In this document: positions 30,351-39,948 of the stretch, piece after piece
How the letters are laid out: each line of letters opens with the position of its first letter
Position numbering within the stretch: position 1 is the stretch's first letter
NCBI GenBank assembly: GCA_963786955.1
Contig: CAWBAT010000005.1
Coordinates: 1,344,001-1,408,000 of the forward strand
DNA from: an uncultured Acidimicrobiia bacterium
GTDB lineage: Bacteria; Acidobacteriota; Terriglobia; Versatilivoradales; Versatilivoraceae
Reading direction: 5' to 3'
DNA: 64,000 nucleotides
Translations under genes and position numbers: made by a program
The notes under the pieces: model-generated
Told to the model about the DNA's origin: nothing
The model's input: the letters and a program-made list of their open reading frames with translations, nothing else
Databases searched by the model: none

Positions 30351-33300
30351 TGTGGCCATTGTGGTCAATCCGGCAGGGCCTGTATTGCCACCTGACCCGT
30401 CCACCGTGGCTCCACCCATAAACCGCACCATGATCATTACCGTAGCGCATGCCACCGAGTTTCTTTATACGGGTGAGAACCCTATCCAGACAGGAATTAC
30501 TCCTGGCGCTATCGAACCTGTCAGAGCCGCCGTACTGCGGGGAAAAATCATTCAACGAGATGGCTCGCCGCTCCCCGGTGTCAAGATTCAAATCAAGGAT
30601 CATGCCGAGTACGGGAGCACTCTGAGCCGTGCCGATGGCATGTTTGATTTGGCCGTCAATGGTGGCGGGCTTCTGACGGTCAACTATGAGAAGGCGGGCT
30701 TCCCGTCACTCCAACGACAGGTCAATCCTCCCTGGCAGGACTATGGGTGGCTCCCACAAGTAGCCATGATTCCGTTTGACTCTCAAGTTTCTACGGTCCA
30801 AGTGGGTCCAAGCTCACCTATTCAGATTGCCCATGGAAATCTTGTTGCCGATGAGAATGGAAGTCGCCGGGCAACCTTGTTATTTCCCGCCGCCGTTTCG
30901 GCAAGCCTGGAAATGTCCGACGGGACCAGCCAACCTTTAAACACCCTGAATGTCCGCCTGACGGAATACACCGTAGGACCGCGCGGTCCGATGGCCATGC
31001 CGGGGACTTTGCCCCCACAAAGCGCCTACACCTACTGTGTCGAACTCAGCGCGGATGAAGCGGTTGCCGTCGCCGCCAAATCCGTTCACTTCAGCCAGCC
31101 TGTGATCCAATACGTTGACAACTACCTGGGATTTCCGGCAGGCGCCAGTGTTCCCCAGGGATATTATGACCGCGACAAAGCTGCATGGGTCGCTTCAGAA
31201 AACGGTCGTGTGATTCACATCCTTTCGATCATAGATGGCCAGGCTGTTCTGGATGTCGAAGGGAATAACACTGCTGCTACACCGGAAGCTCTGGCTGCCC
31301 TAGGGATTACCGGTCCGGAACAACAATCTCTGGCAAGTCTCTTCCAGCCCGGACAAAGCTTCTGGAGAATCCCGATCCCACATTTCACCGCCTGGGACAG
31401 CAATTGGGGAATAAAGGTTCCAGAAGATGCAACGGCGTCTGGTGCAGGATCGCCGAAAGTAATGGCCAGGGTCAATAAGCCGGACTGCGTGAGAGGCTCC
31501 ATTATCGAATGCCAGAACCAGGTGCTCCATGAAAATCTCCGAGTGACGGGCACTCCTTTCAGTATTCATTATGCCAGCGACCGTGTTCCAGGAAGAAAGT
31601 CTGCCAAGACGTTGGAAATCCCAGTCAGCGGTCCGACTGTCCCAGGCAGTCTGAAACGGATCGATGTTGTCATTGAAGTTGGCGGTCAGCGGCATGTTTC
31701 GGCCGATGGACTCTATGATTATAACTACGGCCAACCTCTGGCCGGGAGTTTTCAACCGCTTCCCAATCAGAAGTTGACCTTTACCTGGGATGGGAAAGAT
31801 GGGTATGGCAGGACTGTACAAGGGAGCCAGCCCGTTCGTGTTCGCGTGGGCTACGCTTACGATGGGGTTTATGAAGGAGTCAATCGTTTTGGATACAATG
31901 GTGCAGGTACCCCCATCACATTCGGGAAGACACTCCAGGAGGTGGTTTTGTGGAAAGAGTGGCAAAGCGTCCTGAGTTTGGAAGACAACGCGCTAGGAAC
32001 ATGGGATGCACGAGCGTTGGCTTTAGGAGGATGGAGTCTGAATGCTCACCATGTTTATGATCCGACGGGCCGCATCCTGTTCTACGGAGATGGAAGCCGT
32101 CGGACCGCTTACGAGCTGAAGCCTGTCATCTCGACGGTTTCTGGAACCGGCGCCGCCGGCTACAATGGCGATGGTGGGATGGCGATACAAGCCCAATTGA
32201 ATTCCCCTCGATCGGTAGCGGTACATCGCGACGGCAGCCTGTACATTGCTGAAAGAAACAGCCAACGGATCCGCAAAGTGGCCCCAGGCGGAACGATTTC
32301 CACGATAGCAGGGACCGGGACGGCGGGGTATAACGGGGATGGTGGCCTCGCCATCCAGGCACAATTGCGCAATCCGACCGGAGTCGCTCTGGGACCGGAT
32401 GGTTCGGTCTATATCGCGGACTCCGCTAACAGTCGGATTCGCAAGATTGACAAGAATGGCATCATCTCCACCATCGCGGGCAACGGTACTCTGGGTTACA
32501 GTGGTGACGGTGGCTCCGCCACGCAGGCCCAGCTCTTTCAGCCTCAAGAAATGGCGGTCGCGCCTGACGGGTCCGTCTACATTGCGGATAGTAACAATTC
32601 CAGTATTCGACGGGTCGGACCAGATGGGATCATTTCTACGGTGGCCGGAACCGGGGTGAACGGTTTTTCCGGTGATGGGATCCCGGCAAACCAAGCCCAA
32701 TTCCAGTTCCTGGGAGGGGTAGCCATAGGGCTTGACGGGAGCCTTTTCCTCGCCGAGACTTTTAACTATCGCATTCGCCGGGTTCGTCCGGATGGGCTTC
32801 TCACCACCGCGGTGGGGAATGGAAACTCCTACTCGACCGGTGATGGAGGACCTGCCACCGAAGCGGGAATCAAACCGTCTTTTCGGGTTGCCGTGGCGTC
32901 CGACGGAAGTCTCTATATCGCCGAAACGCAGGGCGACCGGATCCGCCGGGTTTCACCGGACGGGATCATTACGACTATCGCGGGAACAGGGACATTTGGA
33001 TTCTCGGGAGATGCTGGACCCGCCGCGGCCGCAAAGGTCAACTCCCCCTATGGGGTGGCCATCGGCCCTGACAACAGCATTTACATTGCGGATACCAGTA
33101 ATCATAGAGTTCGAAAAATCTCCTTGGCTCTCCCCGGCCTTTCTTTGAGTGAATTGGCGATTCCCTCGGAAGATGGCGGAGAGGTTTATATTTTTGACCG
33201 TGAGGGTCGTCACTTACGCACGGTGGATGCGTTGACATTGGGCTTGCGCTATCAGTTTAATTACGACAGTTCGGGGTTATTGGTGGCCATCGTTGACGGA

Positions 33301-36276
33301 GATAACAATGTCACGACCATTGAGCGTGACGGGAGTGGTAATGCCACGGCGATAGTCGGTCCCTATGGAGATCGGACAGCCCTCACGCTCAATCAGGATA
33401 GTTACTTGGCTTCAGTCAGCAACCCGGCTAACGAAACAGCCCAGTTCACTTATGATGTTGATGGTTTGTTGCTGACCTTGACAAATCCCCAACACAACAT
33501 TTATCAATTTACCTACGATTCATTAGGTCTGCTGAATCGTGATGAAGATCCTGCCGGGGGATTCACTTCCCTCACACAAAATCAACTGGTGAATGGACTT
33601 GAAGTCGTTCGCAGTAATTCCCTAAACGAAGTGACAACGCACCGCGTTGCAAACCTTCCAGAGGGAGGAGAACTGAGGACCAACCTCTTCCCTGATGGGA
33701 CGCAAACCTCCATGTTGATCGGGATAGACGGCGGATCCTCTGCCAATTTGCCTGATGGGACTTCAACGAGCATGCTCGAAGGGCCGGATCCCCGCTTTGG
33801 AATGCAAGCTTCACTGGTCAAGAACCAAACCCTTTCCACGCCTGGAGGGTTAACATCGAATACTACCCATACTCGATCGACCACCTTGACCAACCCCAAT
33901 GACCCCTTAAGTCTTATGGCGCAGACGGACACATTGGTCGTCAATGGCCGGACCTATGCCCAGAATTACAACGCGGCAACCCGAACCTATACGAATACGA
34001 CACCTTTAGGACGTCAGAGCACCGCAACGGTCGATAACTTAGGGCGCATCATCCAATCACAGATTGCCTCATTGGAGCCGGCTCGTTTCAGCTACGATCC
34101 CCGCGGGCGTTTGTTTTCAGCTGCGGTGGGAAGCGGCGTAGAGGAGCGTCGGTCCATTTTTACTTATAACCCGAGGGGCTATTTGGAAACGATTACCGAT
34201 CCACTCCACCGCACAGTCCGGTTCACCTATGATCAAGCAGGTCGAGTCAGCTCCCAGCTTCTGCCGGATAATCGGATGATTGGCTTTAGTTATGATGCCA
34301 ACGGGAATCTGACTTCCGTCACGCCACCGGGACGACCGCAACATGCTTTTGACTATACGGAAGTGGATCTCACCAAAACCTATACGCCTCCGAATGTGGG
34401 AGCAGGATCAAATGTCACAAATTATACCTACAACACCGAGCGGCGACCCACTCGTATCCTGCGTCCCGACGGTCAGGCCATTGACTTCAATTACGACAGT
34501 GCCGGTCGTTTATCAAATTTGAATCTCCCAGGAGAACAGTTTGATTATACCTATCACGCTGTTTCTGGAAAGCTCGGCAGTATCGTGACTTCGACCGGGG
34601 AAACGCTGACTTACGGTTATGATGGATTCCTGCCAGTCCATGTTGGCTGGACAGGCCCGATTTCAGGATCTGTCGATCGCACCTATGACAATGATTTTCG
34701 AGTAAGATCCCAGACCATCAACGGCAGTGCTAGCTTCAATTTCAGCTACGACCCGGACAGTTTGCTGATTCAGGCTGGGGCACTTTCGGTCGCGCACGAT
34801 TCTCAAAACGGACTGATCACAGGGACAACTCTAGGAAATGTGAGCGATGCCTATAGCTACAATAGCTTCGCCGAGCCCATCGCCTATAGTGCCTCGGCAG
34901 GCGGCACGCCAGTTTATGCCGTGACCTACGGAAGAGATCTTTTGGGAAGAATCACCGATGAAACCGAGACCTTCGAGGCAGTCACCAGTAGCACCCATTA
35001 CACCTATGATGTTGCCGGGAGGTTGGAAACTGTCTCAAAGAACGGATCTCTCGCCTCAACCTATAGCTATGACCCCAACGGCAATCGGCTGAATCGCACA
35101 ACAATCGCTGGACTGACAAACTACACCTACGACGCCCAGGACCGTCTTGTAACCTTGAACTCGGAACTCGGAACTCAGAACTTCGTGTACACCGCCAACG
35201 GAGAACTGCAGAGCCGGTCGAAAAATGCCGAAGTGACAGTTTATCAGTACGACGTATTGGGCGATTTAAGGCACGTGGGCTTGCCGGACGGATCTCAGAT
35301 TGAATACGTGATCGATGGCCAAAACCGGCGGGTCGGGAAAAAGGTGAATGGAGTATTGGTTCAGGGCTGGCTCTATGGGAGTCAGTTGAATCCGGTAGCC
35401 GAGTTGGACGGAAACAACAATGTAGTTTCGACTTTTGTCTATGGCAGCCGGAGCAATATGCCCGATTACTTGGTGAAAAACGGTGTCACCTACAGGATCT
35501 TGTCGGATCACCTTGGAAGTCCAAGACTGATCATCGAGTCAATGACAGGGGCTGTCGTTCAGCGAATGGACTACGACGAATTTGGCAAGGTGGTGAACGA
35601 CACCAGTCCGGGCTTCCAGCCCTTCGGCTTTGCTGGCGGCTTGTACGATGCTCAAACCGGTCTAGTCCGCTTCGGCGCGCGAGATTATGATCCTGAAACC
35701 GGAAGATGGACTGCAAAAGATCCGATATTGTTGGCAGGGGGAGATACAAACTTGTATGGTTATGTCCTAAACAATCCCATCAATTTCATTGATGACGAAG
35801 GACGTTCATTATCACCAGTGCATTTCGCAAGTACATACATATCTGAAATCTTGTCTGGGCGAACACACGATGAGGCTTATATTGCAGCACAAACGTCGGT
35901 CTTGATTGATATAGGGACACAGGGGACAGATGCGGCGGCGACAAATATCCATGCGATGGGTGGAATGAAAAATGATGGGATCTACCAAACACCATTCGAG
36001 GCATGGAAAGCAACAACAAAACTCCTCCAGCGTTTGCAGGTTTTGGAAGGGTCACTTGAGTGTCAAGGAAATTGGCAAGGGGCTTCAATGATACGTGGGA
36101 TCATGTATCACACTATTCAAGACAGCTGGTCGAAAAGCCATGTTTATCAAAGATGGAAAGGAGGTTGGCCGTCTCCATTGCACATTTTCTATGATCTATT
36201 CCCGCATTTCCATGCCGATCTAAACCAGGCCCCTCCGTTAGTTCCTACAGATTACAACATCATTCGACTAAAGTAA
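30322..36276 (+). CDS. Teneurin-like RHS/YD-repeat polymorphic toxin (carboxypeptidase-like, FN-plug, NHL propeller, YD shell, RHS core, CT)
   Basis: T..DGMFDLAVNGGG, FTWDGKDGYGR, LGGWSLNAHHVYDP, six ~56-aa NHL repeats, YD repeats, DHLGS, PFGFAGGLYD..TGLVRFGARDYDP..GRWTAKDP and NPINFIDDEG. Confidence 0.93.
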   Translation: MTLNSTSADDVAIVVNPAGPVLPPDPSTVAPPINRTMIITVAHATEFLYTGENPIQTGITPGAIEPVRAAVLRGKIIQRDGSPLPGVKIQIKDHAEYGSTLSRADGMFDLAVNGGGLLTVNYEKAGFPSLQRQVNPPWQDYGWLPQVAMIPFDSQVSTVQVGPSSPIQIAHGNLVADENGSRRATLLFPAAVSASLEMSDGTSQPLNTLNVRLTEYTVGPRGPMAMPGTLPPQSAYTYCVELSADEAVAVAAKSVHFSQPVIQYVDNYLGFPAGASVPQGYYDRDKAAWVASENGRVIHILSIIDGQAVLDVEGNNTAATPEALAALGITGPEQQSLASLFQPGQSFWRIPIPHFTAWDSNWGIKVPEDATASGAGSPKVMARVNKPDCVRGSIIECQNQVLHENLRVTGTPFSIHYASDRVPGRKSAKTLEIPVSGPTVPGSLKRIDVVIEVGGQRHVSADGLYDYNYGQPLAGSFQPLPNQKLTFTWDGKDGYGRTVQGSQPVRVRVGYAYDGVYEGVNRFGYNGAGTPITFGKTLQEVVLWKEWQSVLSLEDNALGTWDARALALGGWSLNAHHVYDPTGRILFYGDGSRRTAYELKPVISTVSGTGAAGYNGDGGMAIQAQLNSPRSVAVHRDGSLYIAERNSQRIRKVAPGGTISTIAGTGTAGYNGDGGLAIQAQLRNPTGVALGPDGSVYIADSANSRIRKIDKNGIISTIAGNGTLGYSGDGGSATQAQLFQPQEMAVAPDGSVYIADSNNSSIRRVGPDGIISTVAGTGVNGFSGDGIPANQAQFQFLGGVAIGLDGSLFLAETFNYRIRRVRPDGLLTTAVGNGNSYSTGDGGPATEAGIKPSFRVAVASDGSLYIAETQGDRIRRVSPDGIITTIAGTGTFGFSGDAGPAAAAKVNSPYGVAIGPDNSIYIADTSNHRVRKISLALPGLSLSELAIPSEDGGEVYIFDREGRHLRTVDALTLGLRYQFNYDSSGLLVAIVDGDNNVTTIERDGSGNATAIVGPYGDRTALTLNQDSYLASVSNPANETAQFTYDVDGLLLTLTNPQHNIYQFTYDSLGLLNRDEDPAGGFTSLTQNQLVNGLEVVRSNSLNEVTTHRVANLPEGGELRTNLFPDGTQTSMLIGIDGGSSANLPDGTSTSMLEGPDPRFGMQASLVKNQTLSTPGGLTSNTTHTRSTTLTNPNDPLSLMAQTDTLVVNGRTYAQNYNAATRTYTNTTPLGRQSTATVDNLGRIIQSQIASLEPARFSYDPRGRLFSAAVGSGVEERRSIFTYNPRGYLETITDPLHRTVRFTYDQAGRVSSQLLPDNRMIGFSYDANGNLTSVTPPGRPQHAFDYTEVDLTKTYTPPNVGAGSNVTNYTYNTERRPTRILRPDGQAIDFNYDSAGRLSNLNLPGEQFDYTYHAVSGKLGSIVTSTGETLTYGYDGFLPVHVGWTGPISGSVDRTYDNDFRVRSQTINGSASFNFSYDPDSLLIQAGALSVAHDSQNGLITGTTLGNVSDAYSYNSFAEPIAYSASAGGTPVYAVTYGRDLLGRITDETETFEAVTSSTHYTYDVAGRLETVSKNGSLASTYSYDPNGNRLNRTTIAGLTNYTYDAQDRLVTLNSELGTQNFVYTANGELQSRSKNAEVTVYQYDVLGDLRHVGLPDGSQIEYVIDGQNRRVGKKVNGVLVQGWLYGSQLNPVAELDGNNNVVSTFVYGSRSNMPDYLVKNGVTYRILSDHLGSPRLIIESMTGAVVQRMDYDEFGKVVNDTSPGFQPFGFAGGLYDAQTGLVRFGARDYDPETGRWTAKDPILLAGGDTNLYGYVLNNPINFIDDEGRSLSPVHFASTYISEILSGRTHDEAYIAAQTSVLIDIGTQGTDAAATNIHAMGGMKNDGIYQTPFEAWKATTKLLQRLQVLEGSLECQGNWQGASMIRGIMYHTIQDSWSKSHVYQRWKGGWPSPLHIFYDLFPHFHADLNQAPPLVPTDYNIIRLK

Positions 36277-36329
36277 TTTTGAATGCCTCCAAGCCGTTAC
36301 GGGTGACGAAGCTGCAAGGAAAATAGAAA

Positions 36330-36815
36330 ATGGGCGTAACAAAAAAGAGAATTATCTCTATTTACAAGTTTCCAGTAATTCTGCTCCTCATGATCATGAT
36401 CCCAAGGGTGAACAATCTACTCTGGTTTCACCCACACGTGTTGCCATTTGTGGGAATGACTCTAATCATGCTTCTACCACTGTGTACACCTTATGTTATT
36501 CTGCGGCTCTTTTATTGTTTGAGAGCAGAGAAAGCGTTTATAACACTTGACGAAACCAACTTAACTGAAAAGGGGAAGCGCGCCTATCGTAGATTTGGAA
36601 CAATTTCTTTTGTTCTTTACTTGATACTGTTATTTCCGCTATCACATCTCGCCGTTGCGAGTGTGAACTGGGGCAGAGCTGAGAATTTGCGCTGGAGTCC
36701 CACTATTTTCTACAAAGTTATTACTTTTCCAATCGGCCCTCTTCTGCCGCCATATCGAAATTCAAGCAGCGAGCGATTGTGGCCATTATTAGAATCGTTC
36801 CCCCCATCCGAATGA
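36330..36815 (+). CDS. Membrane protein, candidate cognate immunity protein
   Basis: Directly downstream of the RHS CT; about 3 TM segments; AT-rich; AAGGA SD. Confidence 0.7.
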   Translation: MGVTKKRIISIYKFPVILLLMIMIPRVNNLLWFHPHVLPFVGMTLIMLLPLCTPYVILRLFYCLRAEKAFITLDETNLTEKGKRAYRRFGTISFVLYLILLFPLSHLAVASVNWGRAENLRWSPTIFYKVITFPIGPLLPPYRNSSSERLWPLLESFPPSE

Positions 36816-36879
36816 CTGCCCAACAATTGATACATCTGCCTCTGCAGAGCTCACTAATTTTCAATCCGAGAACTCCAGA

Positions 36880-37140
36880 GTGAATAGTGTTACTGACAAA
36901 AAGAAAGTCTCTGGCCTTGCATCCCTTTCCTTTGTCTTTTCTACCGTTGGATTCTTTGTGCCTTTCGCAGGGAGTCTTATTGGAGTGATTTTGGGAGAGA
37001 TTGCTCTGAGAGGTTTGAATCGGGACATCAAGATACAAGGTTATGGTTTAGCTAAGATGGGTGTGAATTTTGGATATTTTGGACTGTTAGCATGGTCAGT
37101 AATCGCCTTCTCGATGGTTTATTTCAGAGGTCTACACTGA
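36880..37140 (+). CDS. DUF4190-like small membrane protein
   Basis: SGLASLSFVFS...GVILG.IAL...GYGLAK.G...GY pattern. Confidence 0.7.
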   Translation: MNSVTDKKKVSGLASLSFVFSTVGFFVPFAGSLIGVILGEIALRGLNRDIKIQGYGLAKMGVNFGYFGLLAWSVIAFSMVYFRGLH

Positions 37141-37306
37141 GCAATGGATGAACCAGTAACATTTGGAATATTTGGAAAGGACCCAACTCCAGGTTGTGGT
37201 GCGGGCGTTCCGCCTGTATTTCCAGCCTTGATACTAACAATCGATTTATGCTGAGTTTCTCTTTCGGCGCTTGAACTCCTGCCACAGTGTTTCGCAAATC
37301 TCAATA

Positions 37307-37508
37307 AGCCCGAATTCTGAAGTTGGGCGGGCGTCATTTCTATCTATTGGCTGATTTGCCTAGGACTTGTAAGACAGGGACAAGGGGGAAAAGTATACCG
37401 ATAGTCTGCGGATTTTGGTGGAATGCGCGCTCCGTCGCGCGTTCAATGAGTGTGCGTCGGAGCGCCCACTCCACCTGGCGACGCTCACGCAACTTCGGAA
37501 TTCGGGAT
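37307..37508. mobile_element. MITE-like element family A (reverse orientation)
   Basis: Ends agcccgaattctgaagtt and aacttcggaattcgggat; body is the reverse complement of 5271-5473. Confidence 0.82.
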
Positions 37509-37560
37509 AAGTGGATTCTATCTGGCGTGTGGACAAACAATTACCAGAGTATTTGAGATA

Positions 37561-37827
37561 ATGCCATTCTCATCAAGCAGCCGTTCCAAATTAGATTCAG
37601 CACTTCCTTCTGTTGCATTCCTATCCTCTACTATCGGGTGGGCACTCTTACCTGTGCTAGGAAGCATTGCGGCTATTACACTTGCGACTATCGCATCTCG
37701 AGAGGCAAGGAAGAGAAATGATTCTTCTGCACAAAGGCTTTCATCACTGAGTTTTGTTCTTGGTTATGCTGGCTTAGCTTTTTGGATCGTTCTCCTCGGA
37801 ATTTTCATTCTCATCTCACGTCATTGA
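37561..37827 (+). CDS. Small membrane protein, DUF4190-like
   Basis: MPFSS...LLPVLGSIAAITLA...LGYAGLAFW; resembles the 36880 ORF. Confidence 0.65.
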   Translation: MPFSSSSRSKLDSALPSVAFLSSTIGWALLPVLGSIAAITLATIASREARKRNDSSAQRLSSLSFVLGYAGLAFWIVLLGIFILISRH

Positions 37828-38165
37828 AGCATTTGAACCGGACTTGAGTATAACTAACGTTGAATATTTAGACATGAGGCTCAATTCCGGTCCAGATTGC
37901 TTACAGCAAGATGTCTAGCTAAATCGGGCAAAGGGAGAGAAGAATTGATTCTGGTAGGCGATGTTCTCTGCCCTTGATGAAGTCAGCGAACTCTCGACAT
38001 GGGGCTCCATATGGGGACTCCAAGGAATGGGATCCAAATGTCCCTTATAGTCATGGGCATACTGAACATATTGGCTTTGAGACTTTTCGGACATTATTCC
38101 CCTGCAATATGGGATTGAAGACCCACTTATCGAACCCGCAGGTATATAGTTTTTCGTGACTGACC

Positions 38166-38486
38166 ATGTCATCTGAGTCGAGGACATTGTTTCTGAAATC
38201 ATTAACATTTGTTGCCTTATTTGAAATCCCAGTGTTTTCTGTTCTCGTATTCTGCATAGAAGTGCTGGAGATGTCGCCCCATTCCGATTTGATAGTAATG
38301 TTGCTTTGGTTTACTCAAATACCTGGTGTGATTGTTGGGCTGGGGATTGAGAGGTTGATTGGAAACATCTCAAGCGGCGTAATGATATTTATATATTGGT
38401 CTGTGACCCTCCTTGTTCAACTTGGGACACTTGCGGTCCTCTGGCATCAAATGCTTGTTGCCAACTCTAAAGGAAAGTTAGGTTGA
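38166..38486 (+). CDS. Small 3-TM hypothetical protein
   Basis: Hydrophobic 106-aa ORF, co-oriented in the AT-rich array. Confidence 0.65.
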   Translation: MSSESRTLFLKSLTFVALFEIPVFSVLVFCIEVLEMSPHSDLIVMLLWFTQIPGVIVGLGIERLIGNISSGVMIFIYWSVTLLVQLGTLAVLWHQMLVANSKGKLG

Positions 38487-38600
38487 ACATATTCACCATG
38501 GTGGCACACTTGAGATATGGGCACATATGCGAACAAAAAGGCGCCTGTTCACAAGATTCTAAAAGATGGGTCAATCTTCCTTAATGAACTGGAACATTGA

Positions 38601-38819
38601 ATGAGCGCTTCCAGAAAAGTCTTTCCGACACTTCTTCTATTCATTTTGGGTGGTGCCTTTTTTGGCGGGACCACTGGGATGATAATCATTTCGAGTGGAA
38701 CAGGCCATGTTCCTTGGCAAGCCGTATTGGCTGTTCCGCTTGTCGCAGGTCTAATTCTCGCTGCAGTTTTAGGTGCAATGTATCTCACGACTCAGAATAA
38801 ACAAAAAACTCAGCGCTAA
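38601..38819 (+). CDS. Small 2-TM hypothetical protein
   Basis: Hydrophobic 72-aa ORF in the array. Confidence 0.6.
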   Translation: MSASRKVFPTLLLFILGGAFFGGTTGMIIISSGTGHVPWQAVLAVPLVAGLILAAVLGAMYLTTQNKQKTQR

Positions 38820-38978
38820 ATTGAGTCAAGTCTTGAAATAGGTCACATGAATTAAGGTGTGAAAGAGACTTGTGCTGAGATGCTTTATGAGCTTGTTTCC
38901 CTGTTGACTCGCGGCATTTCTAAAATAGAGACAAGGATAGAGCGTCTACAAAGATAAGTTTCAAGGGACTGATGTCAA

Positions 38979-39236
38979 ATGAGCGTCACGCTGAAATCCG
39001 TCACTTACTTAGGATGCTATTTCCTTAGTTGGACAATTGCATACGTTCTGACTTTCATACTACGCGGAGAATCCGTGGATTTCGGGTTTTTTATCGATTA
39101 CTTTTTCCTGGGGTGGACCTTTCAAGGATTTGAACTTCCCACCTTTATCTGGTTTCAAAGCCTGCTCTTCTTTGCAGCTTTCTCCTTCGGCTTGGTTCCT
39201 TATATCAGGCATAGGTTCAGTTCCAAGGTCAAGTAG
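38979..39236 (+). CDS. Small membrane hypothetical protein
   Basis: Hydrophobic 85-aa ORF with AAGGGA SD; last ORF of the array. Confidence 0.65.
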   Translation: MSVTLKSVTYLGCYFLSWTIAYVLTFILRGESVDFGFFIDYFFLGWTFQGFELPTFIWFQSLLFFAAFSFGLVPYIRHRFSSKVK

Positions 39237-39948
39237 TGATCCGTAAACTGAACTAAACTAGGTCGCCAGGTATGTGTGGTTGAAACCTTCAGAGCAACGG
39301 TACCGAAGCACTCCGCAACTGGGCCAGAGCTACCCTAAGGGAGAAAGGCTTTGGTTTAGTGATTAGACCTGATCTTTTATCCCACTATACATTGCAGGCA
39401 AGATCGTACACTTTTACCCAAAGCTGCAACTACCGATCATACCCCGTAGTCCGTGCTCTGGGCGAGAACGGCCTACCCATGGGCTCTTTCCACAGCAGTC
39501 GGGCGGCTTGGAGTAGGGACTAGTCCCTCGAGATTCTAAGAGTCAATGGATCGTTTGCGTTAATTCGCGTTCATTTGAGGCTCTCTCAAGCAGCAGTCGT
39601 CTTTGTCCCAAGTCGCAGAAGTCTGCTGGAGGGCCGAACACCGAGAGGCCGGTTAGTAGAGAACAATGGCGGCGTCGCAGAGCTCCGCTCTCCACTTGCT
39701 TCTCTTGGCTGATGTTGGACTAAATCCGTAAGAGGGTAGGCGAGGTCAACGACTCCCACAAGCATTGCCCCCATGATTCCCTTTCTTGAACAAGATGAAG
39801 CTGCCCGGCAGACTTCCAAGTGTCGTTTTGACTCGCTCTGATGGATTCATGTTTCAGAAAGCCCCTCTGTATTCGCCTAATAAATCAGATTGCGCTAGAG
39901 TAGAAAGTGTTGTGAATTCTCGCGGTAAAAGAAATCCCCTGGCGGTGA

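Noticed and set aside
32120-33120. DNA-level ~168-bp repeats
   Set aside because: These are coding NHL blades of the teneurin-like protein.
36816-39300. Integron cassette array (GCCCAAC after the 36815 stop)
   Set aside because: No matching GTTRRRY/attC hairpins recur between the ORFs and there is no intI in the window.
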